A stretch of DNA of 64,000 bases from Candidatus Latescibacterota bacterium (GCA_965217585.1 OZ244561.1:4480001-4544000); one strand, 5' to 3'; counted from the stretch's first letter, positions 46,147 to 56,487 are shown. Notes: generated by a model not told the origin, from the sequence alone. Made by a program: numbers and translations.

Positions 46147-47274
46147 TTAATCTCCCGGCTCCACCACTACCTTCATGGCCTCTTCGCTGCCGGTGATGTC
46201 GAGGCCCTCGCGGATGTGGGACAGCGGCAGCCGATGCGTGATAAAGCGATCTAAGGGCGCGGTGGTGTGGCGCAAGAAAGATAGTGCGGTCTTGAACTGC
46301 ATGGAAGGATACGCCCACATGCCGCGGATGTCCAAATCCTTAAAACAGACGATGTGCGGGCGAATCTCCACCCCTCCTGGATCGGTGAAGTGCCCCACCT
46401 CCACGACGATCCCGCCCCGGCGTACCAAGTCGAGCGATTCCTTGAAGGCTACGGGCACGCCGGCTGTTTCAATGACGATATCGGCTCCCACGCCCTCGGT
46501 CATGTCTTGGAGGGCCTGCTGCCGCTGCTCAGGGCTACCTTCTCCCATCGCCAGCACTTGATGAGCGCCCATGGCGCGGGCTAGCTCCAGCCGGGCCGCG
46601 CTCAGGTCGCCAGCGATAATCAGGTCGGTGCCGATGTGGCTCAGCACCGCCACCACGAGCTGGCCGATGGGGCCGGCTCCGAGGACCAGCACGGATTTGT
46701 CGAGGCCCAGTCCTTCGCCGATGTGTGGGATGCCCGGCCCCAAGGCGCGCTCTACGGCCCGGGTGGCCACGGCCGCTGGTTCGGTGAGCACGGCCCGTTC
46801 TGAGGGCAGGTCGTCGGGAATCTTGAAGAGCCACGAGTGACCCGTCAAATGCAGGTATTCGGCAAAGCCGCCGCGCGGCATGGGCGCGAGATCGGCGGAC
46901 ACAAATCCGTACACAAAGCGGTTGGCGCACAGGGTGGGGCGCTGGGGCATGTGCAGGCAGTAGTAGCACCGCCCGCAGGCCCGCGACGAGGGCGTGGTCG
47001 TCACGCGGTCGCCCACCGCGACCGGGCCGCCCACTATGGCCAAGCTATCGGCTGCGGCCGGACCCATCTCCTCGATGGTGCCCACTAATTCGTGACCGGG
47101 TATCACTGGAAACGGCAGGGCCATGTGGCCGGCGAACATGTGCTTGTCGCTGCCGCAGATGCCGGTGCGCTCAATCTTCAATAGGACTTCGTCGTCGCCG
47201 ATCTGGGGTTTGGGATACGAGTGTACGGCGATCTGGCCTGGGCCGGTCATCATCGCTGCCTGTATCTGAGCCAT
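46147..47274 (-). CDS. Zinc-dependent alcohol/sugar dehydrogenase
   Basis: GICGSD, GHE, CGRCYYC...C, GAGPIG. Confidence 0.9.
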   Translation of the reverse strand: MAQIQAAMMTGPGQIAVHSYPKPQIGDDEVLLKIERTGICGSDKHMFAGHMALPFPVIPGHELVGTIEEMGPAAADSLAIVGGPVAVGDRVTTTPSSRACGRCYYCLHMPQRPTLCANRFVYGFVSADLAPMPRGGFAEYLHLTGHSWLFKIPDDLPSERAVLTEPAAVATRAVERALGPGIPHIGEGLGLDKSVLVLGAGPIGQLVVAVLSHIGTDLIIAGDLSAARLELARAMGAHQVLAMGEGSPEQRQQALQDMTEGVGADIVIETAGVPVAFKESLDLVRRGGIVVEVGHFTDPGGVEIRPHIVCFKDLDIRGMWAYPSMQFKTALSFLRHTTAPLDRFITHRLPLSHIREGLDITGSEEAMKVVVEPGD

Positions 47275-47296
47275 GTTTTTCTTCTCCTATGCGATT

Positions 47297-48052
47297 CTAG
47301 TAACCAATGCTGTGCATGTATTGGCGGTTGATTTGCATTTTCTCGGTTTCGGGTCGCTCGGCTTCTCCGGGGCAGACCGTGACCCAGCCGGCGTATCCAG
47401 CCTCCTGCAACGCCGCCATAAATGCCGGGTAGTCGCACATGGGGCCTTCGCCTAGTTCCACGGTCTGTCCGTCCTTGAAATCGTGCAGATGCACGTACGC
47501 GATTCGCGCGGCGAAATCGCGCACGGCTTGGACTGGGTCGTAGCCCCAATGCACGGCGTGGGACATGTCCATACAGAGGCGGCACACGTCTAGGCGACTC
47601 ATGAAGCGCTTCCACTCTGCGGCACTGTCGACGAGGTGATTGATATGCGGATGAAACGCAACTGCAACGCCCAAAGTAGCGCCGTACGCGGCCAGATCCT
47701 CGTACGCGGCCGCCATCCGGTCCAGCTCCGCGTCCGTGCCGTTGCGGCCCTCGCGCCCCGGCCCTTTGGTCATGAAGGTTTCGACGCCGAGCTCGGCAGC
47801 AAACTCGATGCGCCGCTTGTTGATCTGTTGGCTCGGCCCGTCGAGGTCCAGCGCGATGTTCGGCCCGCAGACGGCGGCCACTTCCACGCCAGATACCTCA
47901 CAGAGCCGTCGCACGCGCTGCGGCGTGCCCAACCAGTCGAGCGGTTGCCGCGCCTCCCAGCCATCCCAGCCAAAAGCCCGCAGGGCCGCTAGCTCCTGCG
48001 CTAGATCAGGTGCCCGCCAGAACAGGCCGCTGTACGCCAATTTGTAGCTCAT
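47297..48052 (-). CDS. Sugar phosphate isomerase/epimerase (xylose isomerase-like TIM barrel)
   Basis: FHPH, DMSH, HLHD, ELGEG motifs. Confidence 0.82.
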   Translation of the reverse strand: MSYKLAYSGLFWRAPDLAQELAALRAFGWDGWEARQPLDWLGTPQRVRRLCEVSGVEVAAVCGPNIALDLDGPSQQINKRRIEFAAELGVETFMTKGPGREGRNGTDAELDRMAAAYEDLAAYGATLGVAVAFHPHINHLVDSAAEWKRFMSRLDVCRLCMDMSHAVHWGYDPVQAVRDFAARIAYVHLHDFKDGQTVELGEGPMCDYPAFMAALQEAGYAGWVTVCPGEAERPETEKMQINRQYMHSIGY

Positions 48053-48267
48053 TTCCCTGCCTGCCTACAAAGGCCCCAATGTACCCAACCGCCGAGGCTG
48101 AGGCAAATGGTCCGGCCGCCGTTATGAATAGAAATTTAAACGAGATGTTACGAGGCATTATATGAATGAAATGGGCGCGAAATTAGAAGCGGTTTCGCAC
48201 CCTTGAGAACGTCTTTGTAAAGATATATAATATAGATATGAATAGACGCAATAAGGAGGTATCCTAC

Positions 48268-48507
48268 ATGGGCGCGAAATCCCACATCGCCAAATGGGGC
48301 ACTAGCTTGGCCGTCCGCATCCCCAAGCCTATTGCCGAGCAATGGGGCGTTTGCGAAGGCTCTGCCATTGAGATAGTCTCGCACGGCGACCAAGTTGTGC
48401 TGCGCAAGAGAACTTATAACTTGGCCGACATGCTGGACCAGGTAACGGAGGACAATCTTCATCCCGAGTTGGACACTGGTCCGGCCCAAGGCAACGAGGC
48501 ATGGTAG
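48268..48507 (+). CDS. mazE: MazE/AbrB-type antitoxin
   Basis: KWGTSLAVRIP, LHPELDTGPAQGNEAW; RBS AAGGAGG. Confidence 0.9.
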   Translation: MGAKSHIAKWGTSLAVRIPKPIAEQWGVCEGSAIEIVSHGDQVVLRKRTYNLADMLDQVTEDNLHPELDTGPAQGNEAW

Positions 48508-48845
48508 AGCGAGCGTATGTCCCAGGTACAGGGGACATTGTGTGGCTTACCTTCACACCTCAGGCTGGACATGAACAAGCCGGGCGTCGTCCCGCCCTAG
48601 TTCTGAGTCCGCGGAGCTACAACGAGAAAACGGGTCTGGCGCTGTTCTGTCCCATCACGTCTCAAGTCAAGGGCTACCCCTTCGAGGTTGCTCTTCCTCC
48701 CGCTAGTAGCGTCGCGGGCGTCATCCTGGCCGACCAGATCAAGAGCTTGGACTGGCGGGTAAGACGAATCGACTTTGCGTCTCAAGCTCCATCGCACGTG
48801 GTGGGTGAAGTCATAGAAAAGTTGACGGTCCTTCTCGCGGGATAA
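48501..48845 (+). CDS. mazF: MazF endoribonuclease toxin
   Basis: GDIVWLTFTPQAGHEQAGRRPALVLS, CPITSQVKGYPFEV, DQIKSLDW; overlaps mazE. Confidence 0.93.
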   Translation: MVERAYVPGTGDIVWLTFTPQAGHEQAGRRPALVLSPRSYNEKTGLALFCPITSQVKGYPFEVALPPASSVAGVILADQIKSLDWRVRRIDFASQAPSHVVGEVIEKLTVLLAG

Positions 48846-48916
48846 GAGCTTGGCTCTCGGCAGGTGCTCCCTTCTGTCCTCTCCAAAATTGCCTAGCGTA
48901 GCAGGATGAGCTGGAT

Positions 48917-49903
48917 TCACGTCCATGCAAATACCACACCCAACGCTTCTTTGGGATTGGCGGCGAGCATGTCGTAGGTGGTTTGGCAATCGGCGGGGTT
49001 GGTGACGTGGGTGATCAGATCTTCGATGGGTAACTTGCCTGCGGCCATCAGGCGCAAGACCAGATCGCGGTCTCTGCTTTTGTTCCAGGGATAATAAATG
49101 TGGTCATCGTCCGGGGTTTTGGGCTGGTGTGCGCCGAGGATCGCGATTTCGCGCAGGTGAACTTCGGGCAAAAAGCTCACTTCGACGGTGCCGCGTGGAG
49201 ACCCCAGCGCGACTAGACGCCCCCCCAGCCGCGGCAGGGTCAGCGCCATGGGATAGACTGCGGGGATGCCGGTTGCTTCGATGACCAAGTCAACCCCATC
49301 GCCCACGCAATGCTGGCGCACGGCTGCGGCGACATCGCCATTGGAATTGATACAAACATCTGCGCCGCGGTCCCTAGCTTTGCCCAGCCGGAAATCATCC
49401 AGATCGATTGCAATGACCGGGAGGGCACCGGCCAACCGCGCAAAGGTCGCAGCCAATTGGCCCACAATGCCCATGCCGGTAATTGCGACAGCCTCGCCCA
49501 ATTCGGGACGACCGACCCGATGCCCGTGTAGGGCAATGGCGCACATGACCATGAAGGCCGCGGATTTGGGCGAGACGCCGGCGGGTGCTTTGCGGAAATT
49601 GCCGGTCAGGACCGCGTGGCTGGCGTGGTTGCCTTGGCCAGCAATGCGGTCGCCGGGTTGTATCTCCTGCACGTCTTTGCCGACTTCGAGCACCACGCCT
49701 GTGTTGCAGTAGCCGGTGGAGCGCGGAAAATTTCTCGCACTCGACGGTTCGCCGCCGTGTGCGTAGCTGTAGATTTCAGTGCCAACGCTTACGGCGGTGT
49801 AGTCGTTTTGCACCAAAATGCCGTGGTCGGGCACGCGCGGCAGTTCAAATTCCGCCAATTCGATTCGCCGGATGTCTGGGCATATTAATCGGTGTGATTT
49901 CAC
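48917..49903 (-). CDS. MDR-family (zinc-binding-type) dehydrogenase
   Basis: VSVGTE, GYCNTG, GNHASH, GMGIVG. Confidence 0.85.
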   Translation of the reverse strand: MKSHRLICPDIRRIELAEFELPRVPDHGILVQNDYTAVSVGTEIYSYAHGGEPSSARNFPRSTGYCNTGVVLEVGKDVQEIQPGDRIAGQGNHASHAVLTGNFRKAPAGVSPKSAAFMVMCAIALHGHRVGRPELGEAVAITGMGIVGQLAATFARLAGALPVIAIDLDDFRLGKARDRGADVCINSNGDVAAAVRQHCVGDGVDLVIEATGIPAVYPMALTLPRLGGRLVALGSPRGTVEVSFLPEVHLREIAILGAHQPKTPDDDHIYYPWNKSRDRDLVLRLMAAGKLPIEDLITHVTNPADCQTTYDMLAANPKEALGVVFAWT

Positions 49904-50172
49904 GGCTTTCTCCTCTGCAAATTTCGCCCTGTCCCTGAAGCAGCACCGCCACTCGTTGGCGGCACACCTACGGCGATGACAAAAAATAACTCGCCAAGAA
50001 CCTGTCGCTTATTGACCAAACCTCATTCACCAACTAGTACTTGGATGACTTTAAGTAAGGCATTGACCTAATTGCCGTGAAACGTCCGCAGCCTAGAGGC
50101 GTCCTAATGGGGAGTCCATTCTGGCCGGGAATCGGGTCTTGTTGCCACCCTTAGACTGTAGGAGGACCAACA

Positions 50173-52350
50173 ATGCTCAACCAAGAGTCCACCTTTGCCA
50201 AGAATTGGTCCTTGGTACCACTGTTGATCGTCCTCATTGCGACGGCCACCTCCGGCCACGAACCCGCGCCCATCTTTGCACCCGCTGATGCGCCCGACAG
50301 CCTCAATGTGGAACGCGTCGGCGAAATCGTACTCGTCAGCCCTCCCAAAAGCGACGACAATCACCTCTATCCCGACGGCACGGACCTCTATCTCGCGGGC
50401 GATCACGCGCTGATGGGCGACCATCGCGGCATCGTCCATATTGTCGATATCTCCGACCCTGCCAACATGCGCAAAGTAGCCGAGGTGCGCACCCCCGGAC
50501 AGGCACTAGACATAAAGATCGCGGGCGATTTAGCCGTCATTGGCGTACAGGATTCCGGATCCACCTTTGGGTTGTTGATCCTCGACCTCTCCGACCCCGC
50601 AAATCCCGTCGAGCTCTCGCGGTTTGACCAGGAAAGCTGGCAAGGCGTCCACAATCTCTTTCTCCACGGCGATCGCCTCTATCTCGCTCACGGGCTGAAT
50701 CCGGGCCTGAGCATTGTCGATATCTCCGACCCGACCGCGCCCTTGGTCTCGGGCTTCTGGCAGCACGAGGGTGGTTTCAGCAATGTGATCCACGACGTAT
50801 TCATCCGCGACCGTCTCGCCGTCGTCAGCGATTTGTTCTCTGGCTTGGTCCTCCTCGACCTCACCGACCCCGACGCACCCACGATGCTCGCCGCGCTCCC
50901 TTTCGCCGAAGGCATCCACAGCGCTTGGGCCGAGGGCGACTACGTTTACTGCAACCAGGAATTCGGCGGCTGGAAGCAGCGCCTCTACGTCGTCGATATT
51001 GCCGACCCCCGGCAGCCGCAGGTCGTCCACTCTTTCGGCAGCAACCCGCCGCCCCAAGGGCCCATTCTCGGCCCGCACAATCCTTGGGTCCACAACGGGC
51101 TATTGTATTGGGCCTATTACGACGCGGGCTTCCGCGTCTTCGACCTGATTGACCCGGCGCGACCGGTGGAAATCGGCTATCACACCTATCCGGGGTTCGC
51201 TTGGAGCGTCCAACCACACGACGACGGGCTGCTCTATGTCGCCGACGGCGCGGTGGGCATCGAAGCCTTCAGGCTGAACGAGCCGGCCTTCGCCATTCGC
51301 GCTGTCGCCGTCGACCCGCCCGTCGCCATCCGCGGCCGCCACCGGAGCGTGGGCATCGAGGCCACGGTCGAGCCATCGCCGCGCCGCGCCACTGGGCACA
51401 TCGCACAAGTCGGCATCCGCCTCAACGGCGAGGCCACCGTACAGCCGCTCCGCGCCGAGGGCCGCACCTTTACCGGTTCGCTGCCGCTGCCACCCGACCT
51501 GCCTACTGGGCGTCATCGCCTGCACGTCGAACTGGTTGACGACCGAGGCCAGATGTATCCCTACAACCTTTCCTACGACCTGTATCCCGAGCGGGATTTG
51601 GAAATTTACGCGGAGACCCTAGCCGAGGGTTGGTCGCTGGAGAGGGGCGAGACCGTCCGCTTCGCCAGACGCCAAGCCCTGATCCTGTCCGGGAACTTCG
51701 TCTCCATCTTTGAGGCGCGGACCCCTTTCGGCCCGACCGGCTACGCCGCGCTGCGCTTCGCCTTCCGCCCCGACGCGGTGGAGGATTTTCCCACCAATCG
51801 CCTAGGCGTCAACATCGGTGGACCCACCGTGAAGCTCGGGCTTGGCGGCGGGGATTCACTCGCGGTTGATCTTGCAGATAAGCGCTGGCAAATCGTGGAA
51901 ATCCCCCTGTCCACTTTTGGCGTATCCGACGCCGATCCCCCGTTCGAGATTGATTCAGTGCGAATCTCAGGTTATTTGAAGGGGGTGGCGTATATCGCCG
52001 ATCTCACCTTGGTCGCTGCCACGCCGCCGATTGATACCGCTGTGCATGAGGCGCAGGTGGACGCCCGGCCGGTGGCTTTCAATCTCGCGCAAAATTTCCC
52101 CAATCCCTTTAACCAATCGACGGTGATCCGCATCGACTTGGAGACTAGGGCTGAGATGGAACTGGCCGTTTACAATATAGCCGGGCAGAAGGTCGCAACG
52201 CTGGCCCAAGGGCCGTACCCGTCGGGCACGCACACCTTCACTTGGCAAGGACGCAACACCCACGGGGCCGAATTGGCTTCAGGCGTCTATTGCTATCGGC
52301 TCAGGGCCAATGGGCGGGAGCAGACGCGCAAACTGATTCTCCTCCGCTAA
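50173..52350 (+). CDS. Secreted LVIVD-repeat beta-propeller protein with C-terminal T9SS-like/FlgD-Ig domain
   Basis: Repeats such as HIVDISDPANM, LDLSDPANP and IVDISDPTAP; LAQNFPNPFN...LASGVYCYRL C-terminus. Confidence 0.85.
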   Translation: MLNQESTFAKNWSLVPLLIVLIATATSGHEPAPIFAPADAPDSLNVERVGEIVLVSPPKSDDNHLYPDGTDLYLAGDHALMGDHRGIVHIVDISDPANMRKVAEVRTPGQALDIKIAGDLAVIGVQDSGSTFGLLILDLSDPANPVELSRFDQESWQGVHNLFLHGDRLYLAHGLNPGLSIVDISDPTAPLVSGFWQHEGGFSNVIHDVFIRDRLAVVSDLFSGLVLLDLTDPDAPTMLAALPFAEGIHSAWAEGDYVYCNQEFGGWKQRLYVVDIADPRQPQVVHSFGSNPPPQGPILGPHNPWVHNGLLYWAYYDAGFRVFDLIDPARPVEIGYHTYPGFAWSVQPHDDGLLYVADGAVGIEAFRLNEPAFAIRAVAVDPPVAIRGRHRSVGIEATVEPSPRRATGHIAQVGIRLNGEATVQPLRAEGRTFTGSLPLPPDLPTGRHRLHVELVDDRGQMYPYNLSYDLYPERDLEIYAETLAEGWSLERGETVRFARRQALILSGNFVSIFEARTPFGPTGYAALRFAFRPDAVEDFPTNRLGVNIGGPTVKLGLGGGDSLAVDLADKRWQIVEIPLSTFGVSDADPPFEIDSVRISGYLKGVAYIADLTLVAATPPIDTAVHEAQVDARPVAFNLAQNFPNPFNQSTVIRIDLETRAEMELAVYNIAGQKVATLAQGPYPSGTHTFTWQGRNTHGAELASGVYCYRLRANGREQTRKLILLR

Positions 52351-52450
52351 ACGCCGATCCCTGCGGGTTGGTTCAAGGCAGATATTCGATTTTGATTGGA
52401 CCGGCAGCAGGCCTGCCAAAGTAGAAAAAAGATATGCGCTCCGTCGGCTC

Positions 52451-54007
52451 TCAGCAGTGATCGGTGAATCGGCGTTGGTCTTTGTGCCGAAGGTGGCGCG
52501 AGTCGAATTCTAGTGATCCGTTTACCGCGACTGAGTCGAGAAAGTCGAGCGCCACGCGAATGGATTCGAGCAGGTGTTCTGCCATGCCTCGGGTGAGGTT
52601 GCTTTTTACGACAATGCGGAACATACACGATTCCGCGTCCGCGTCGTAAAAAAGAGGTAGTTGCTCATGCGACAGGGGATGGTCGAATTGCATGCGATAG
52701 CTGCCCACATACCAGTGATGCTGGGAAAGCACATGCTGCAGGTCAACATCATCGTAGTTCAACTCGCATGCTGGATTCAGCATCGCCGTCACCACCGGCA
52801 GACAGCCCTCGTCGCCGTGGTCGAGCATGGCGAAGCGAGGTTTGCCGGCGTGGGTCATCGCCCGCAGTCCGTCGCGCAGGTAACGAGCGTTCTCCATCAT
52901 GTTGTCGCAGCATTGGCGATAACCGGATATACCATAGTGCAGCAGCTTGTAGTACTGGCCGTAAACCCCTGCCGCTGGCCTAGAGAAATTCAAGGTATAT
53001 GACTCCGCCTTGCCGCCAAGGTAGCTCACGGAGATGGCGACGTGGTCACTCAGGTCGGCGCGATGCCGCCAGACGATCCAACCCGTGCCGCAAATGGATT
53101 CGCCGTACTTGTGCCCGCTGGAGGATATCGACAACACGTTCCCGACGCGGAAATCCCACGGAGGCAGGTCGTCTTGGAAAGGCGCGATGAACCCGCCGGA
53201 TGCGGCATCGACATGGATGCCAACCTGATAGCCCCTTGCCGCGTTGACTTGGTCAACAACATCGCTCACTTCCTGGACTGAGTCGTAGTGTCCTCCATAG
53301 TGATTGCCCATGATGCAAACCACGCCGATGGTCTGATCGTCGATCTGCTCTCGCACCTTTTCTGGGTCTAACGTGAATGTTTTCACCGACGGCTGGACCA
53401 ACCTCGGTTCGACATCCATGTATTTGAACAACTTTTCCCACGCCGCCTGAAAACAGGTGGAGATGATCAGGTTCGGACGGGCGTGCAGGATTTGTTCCAC
53501 TGTTTTCCCTTGGCGCTTGGCGTACCAATTGCGCCAGCGGAATTTCAGCGCCAGCCCGGCGAGCAGGCAAGCCTCAGTGGAACCGACGGTGCCCGCGCCT
53601 GGGAAGACACCGTAGTCTTCGAACTCCGGGCCTTTGGGGCAATGCCACAGGTTGGCGATCATGTTGACGGTCGCGTCGTGCAGTTTATACGACTGGGGAT
53701 ATACCGTCTGGTCGGCGAGGTTCACCCGCAGACCCATGAGGGCGATGGCCTCCTCCTCGCGCTCAAGGGCGACGTTCACGTAGGAGGAAGTATTCAGCCG
53801 GTGATCGAAATCGAGCGCATGCGCGTTTTCCACCATCAGCTTGACGGCCTCTCGATCCAACCCGGTATCGGGAATGTGCTGCAGGTTGAACCAGTCCCGT
53901 TGGACTAGGGGAGACCAGTAATAACCACTGCTACTTGCCTGCGTCTGCTCCAGCTTTGCGCGAAGCTGCTCTACTTCTTGCCGTAAATGAGTTATTTCGT
54001 TCGTCAT
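52451..54007 (-). CDS. gad: PLP-dependent glutamate decarboxylase (GadA/B-like)
   Basis: TVGSTEAC, HVDAASGGF, SGHKYG (PLP Lys), YLGG, LNFSR. Confidence 0.82.
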   Translation of the reverse strand: MTNEITHLRQEVEQLRAKLEQTQASSSGYYWSPLVQRDWFNLQHIPDTGLDREAVKLMVENAHALDFDHRLNTSSYVNVALEREEEAIALMGLRVNLADQTVYPQSYKLHDATVNMIANLWHCPKGPEFEDYGVFPGAGTVGSTEACLLAGLALKFRWRNWYAKRQGKTVEQILHARPNLIISTCFQAAWEKLFKYMDVEPRLVQPSVKTFTLDPEKVREQIDDQTIGVVCIMGNHYGGHYDSVQEVSDVVDQVNAARGYQVGIHVDAASGGFIAPFQDDLPPWDFRVGNVLSISSSGHKYGESICGTGWIVWRHRADLSDHVAISVSYLGGKAESYTLNFSRPAAGVYGQYYKLLHYGISGYRQCCDNMMENARYLRDGLRAMTHAGKPRFAMLDHGDEGCLPVVTAMLNPACELNYDDVDLQHVLSQHHWYVGSYRMQFDHPLSHEQLPLFYDADAESCMFRIVVKSNLTRGMAEHLLESIRVALDFLDSVAVNGSLEFDSRHLRHKDQRRFTDHC

Positions 54008-54071
54008 GGGTGCTCTTCACTCCTCTTTTTAAGCAGTCTGTTGAATGGTTATGCAGGCATGGTCGGGTCGC

Positions 54072-54180
54072 TTATGCTCTGACACTGAGTCGGCCCGGTC
54101 GCTGTGAACGGGGCTCGCGGATGACGATTTCTACGTTGCGTCCAAGTGCTGTCAACAGGCGTAGGAGGCGCTCCACAGCC
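54072..54180 (-). pseudogene. C-terminal fragment of an HTH_37/XRE antitoxin-like gene
   Basis: VERLLRLLTALGRNVEIVIR tail without a plausible N-terminus. Confidence 0.5.
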
Positions 54181-54424
54181 GGCGGCTCCTTAACCGGCTT
54201 CGAGGGCACGATCTGGTCGCGGTCTCTGGCACGGGATGTCAGGAACCATAGTAGTGTATGAGATGGAGCTAGGGGATACGAGAACAGCCAGCTTTTCTGG
54301 AGTAGTTCAAGGGGCCGCCCATATCCATGGAGGATGAATATCGGAATGCTCGGAAGAGACGCCACCGACAATCAGCGGAGTCGCAACCTATACTTCGTCC
54401 CAAGGGAGACTGCGTTTGCAGACG

Positions 54425-54901
54425 TCAGCCACCAGAACACTGCCTCTCAATGAACGTCAGCACCTCAACGCTTCGCTTCAAGTATTCGCGAACACGCGCC
54501 ACGGTAATCTGAGCGCTGCCACCATGAACTATCTGGTTCCTATTATTCATAATTGAGTCAATGGCATCCCGACGTACGCCGGACTCGCTTACTAGGAATT
54601 GATCTAGTTCCTGCTTCCAATTCGCGTTGAACGCTCCTGCTACCTCGAGGAATCGTCCAGCTTTTGGGTTTGTGACTTGACTCAGGGTGTCACCTACATA
54701 CCGAGCCACGTATGGACTGGACGAGTTGGAAGCGAACTCTGAATAAATCGTCTGCAGTCCGTCTTCTATAAGTCCAGCTACCATAACGCACAAATACCGA
54801 CCCCAGTGGCCCTGCAATTCAATGTCCTCAGTGGCGACCTGAGTGCGATCAACTAGCTGCTGAAGACGTGTCAGTTGCTGGTTCAATTTGCTATTGTGCA
54901 T
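54425..54901 (-). CDS. HEPN-domain protein (RiboL-PSP/MAE_28990-like RNase)
   Basis: IDSIMNNRNQIVHG carries the Rx4H motif; overlaps DUF262 gene. Confidence 0.8.
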   Translation of the reverse strand: MHNSKLNQQLTRLQQLVDRTQVATEDIELQGHWGRYLCVMVAGLIEDGLQTIYSEFASNSSSPYVARYVGDTLSQVTNPKAGRFLEVAGAFNANWKQELDQFLVSESGVRRDAIDSIMNNRNQIVHGGSAQITVARVREYLKRSVEVLTFIERQCSGG

Positions 54902-56006
54902 CTGCAAACGCCGCAGTGGCCACCTGCAACCGAACTCTTACCGAATTCTCATCCGAAGTACCTTGGGTAACGGAGTCCAAATATTCTTGATTTTCTGTTA
55001 GTGAATCGTGTGTTCTTTCGATCGCTTGGGCCGTTGGCCGATTATCTTCGCAGACAATACGCTTCGCCAACCCCACCATCATTGAATCGAGTACTGCGGC
55101 GTTGACCGCACGCGCCTTATGTAATCGAAATGCCCCCCTGCCTTTGGCCTCAGCAAATGCTGTGACCGTTTCCTTAAATAGTCTGGCTGTATCATCCAAC
55201 CAAACTTTGTCCGGAGTGCGGTTCCGCTGTGTAAAAACGTTCAAGAATTCGGCCATCGACTTCTTGTATTTGCCTCCGGCGTACCACAATGCCATGAAAC
55301 GAAGGATCATCTCTTGATCTTTCAACCTTTGACTAGGTTTACCGAGAATGCTCCTCCATTCAGTAAGTTCATTAAGGTTCTTGATGCTATCGATGAGAGC
55401 TCCTTGGTAGATCGCACACCTGATCTCATGCGGATTGACTACACGTCCACCGGTATTGAGCCGGCTGAATATCTGGTACATACTCGTGTCGTCACCCGGA
55501 GGCATATCTTGCCTCACGACCGTCGCGTGGATCAGGGAGTCATTTAAATCCCGACGAGTGGTATCGTCCAATGAGCCGAAGCAGAGGCCATCGAATCGAT
55601 TCGAGACGTTCTGCAGTACAAATTCCTGATGGTCACCGCCGGTCTTGGGAAATTTACTATGATAGAAGTATTGGAGCGTCTTGAGACGTTGCTGACCATC
55701 TATAACGTAAAGCCTCCGCGAGTCCGGATCCTTACCCAAAAAAACTCCCGGGACCGGAAGGCCAAGAAGAAGAGACTCAATAAAGCTTGATGCCGTTCGA
55801 AGGGTCCATATAAAGCTCCGCTGCCATTCTGGAATCTCGATATCGCCATTGTCGAGGCGCCGAACAATCCCCTCTACATCGAAGTCGACGCCGTAACTGG
55901 TAATGTCATACTTGACCTGTGGTGCCGAATCATCGTCTTCCGAATCATCGATAATAGTGTCGTCCACATCCGGGTCCAGTTGCTCAATTGGGGGTAAATT
56001 AGTCAT
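54891..56006 (-). CDS. DUF262 (GmrS/ParB-like) protein
   Basis: IPEWQRSFIW, FIESLLLGLPVP, IDGQQRL, IFSRLNTGG, EIR. Confidence 0.88.
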   Translation of the reverse strand: MTNLPPIEQLDPDVDDTIIDDSEDDDSAPQVKYDITSYGVDFDVEGIVRRLDNGDIEIPEWQRSFIWTLRTASSFIESLLLGLPVPGVFLGKDPDSRRLYVIDGQQRLKTLQYFYHSKFPKTGGDHQEFVLQNVSNRFDGLCFGSLDDTTRRDLNDSLIHATVVRQDMPPGDDTSMYQIFSRLNTGGRVVNPHEIRCAIYQGALIDSIKNLNELTEWRSILGKPSQRLKDQEMILRFMALWYAGGKYKKSMAEFLNVFTQRNRTPDKVWLDDTARLFKETVTAFAEAKGRGAFRLHKARAVNAAVLDSMMVGLAKRIVCEDNRPTAQAIERTHDSLTENQEYLDSVTQGTSDENSVRVRLQVATAAFADAQ

Positions 56007-56188
56007 TTTTTCTCCTAAAATAATCGCCATCGCGTTGCCTTATCATATCACTCCGGACCGCCACATAACATTCTCTACACGGCGAGATTAAGGCACAGCT
56101 CTGCGACCTTCGACGGTCACTGTTGCCAGGAACGGGATCAATTGATTCCGTCAACCTAATAGGCATAATAATCACCGTTATCGCTACT

Positions 56189-56358
56189 CCTCTGTCAAGG
56201 TGCTAAGGGTGCATGTAAGGGTGCATGTAAGGGGTCCCTGACAATCGTTTGCGGTCTCGCAGGGACGTTTGGAAGTATAGGGAGTGATGTTCAACGAGAA
56301 ACCTTCATAAACTGTAGGGGGGAGAATAACCGTTATTGAGATTTCGTAAACAGCTTCT
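56189..56358. mobile_element. IS-end/MITE-like element, copy 1 (contains TAAGGGTGCATG x2.5)
   Basis: Shares CCTCTGTCAAGG and a 35-bp block (33/35 identical) with 59545-59663. Confidence 0.45.
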
Positions 56359-56430
56359 ATTATTTCGGCTTGCAGCACTTGCTCAGGAGGGCCTGTGGCC
56401 ACCGCGCGGCCTTCTTTCAGCAGCAATACT
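56340..56430 (-). pseudogene. C-terminal fragment of a FecE/HmuV-like ABC ATPase
   Basis: VLLLKEGRAVATGPPEQVLQAEIIEAVY resembles the iron/B12 ABC ATPase tail. Confidence 0.5.
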
Positions 56431-56487
56431 CGGGCGGCGGCGAGCGCATGCTGGTCGGCCGGCGTCACGATCGTTTCGGCACCCGGC

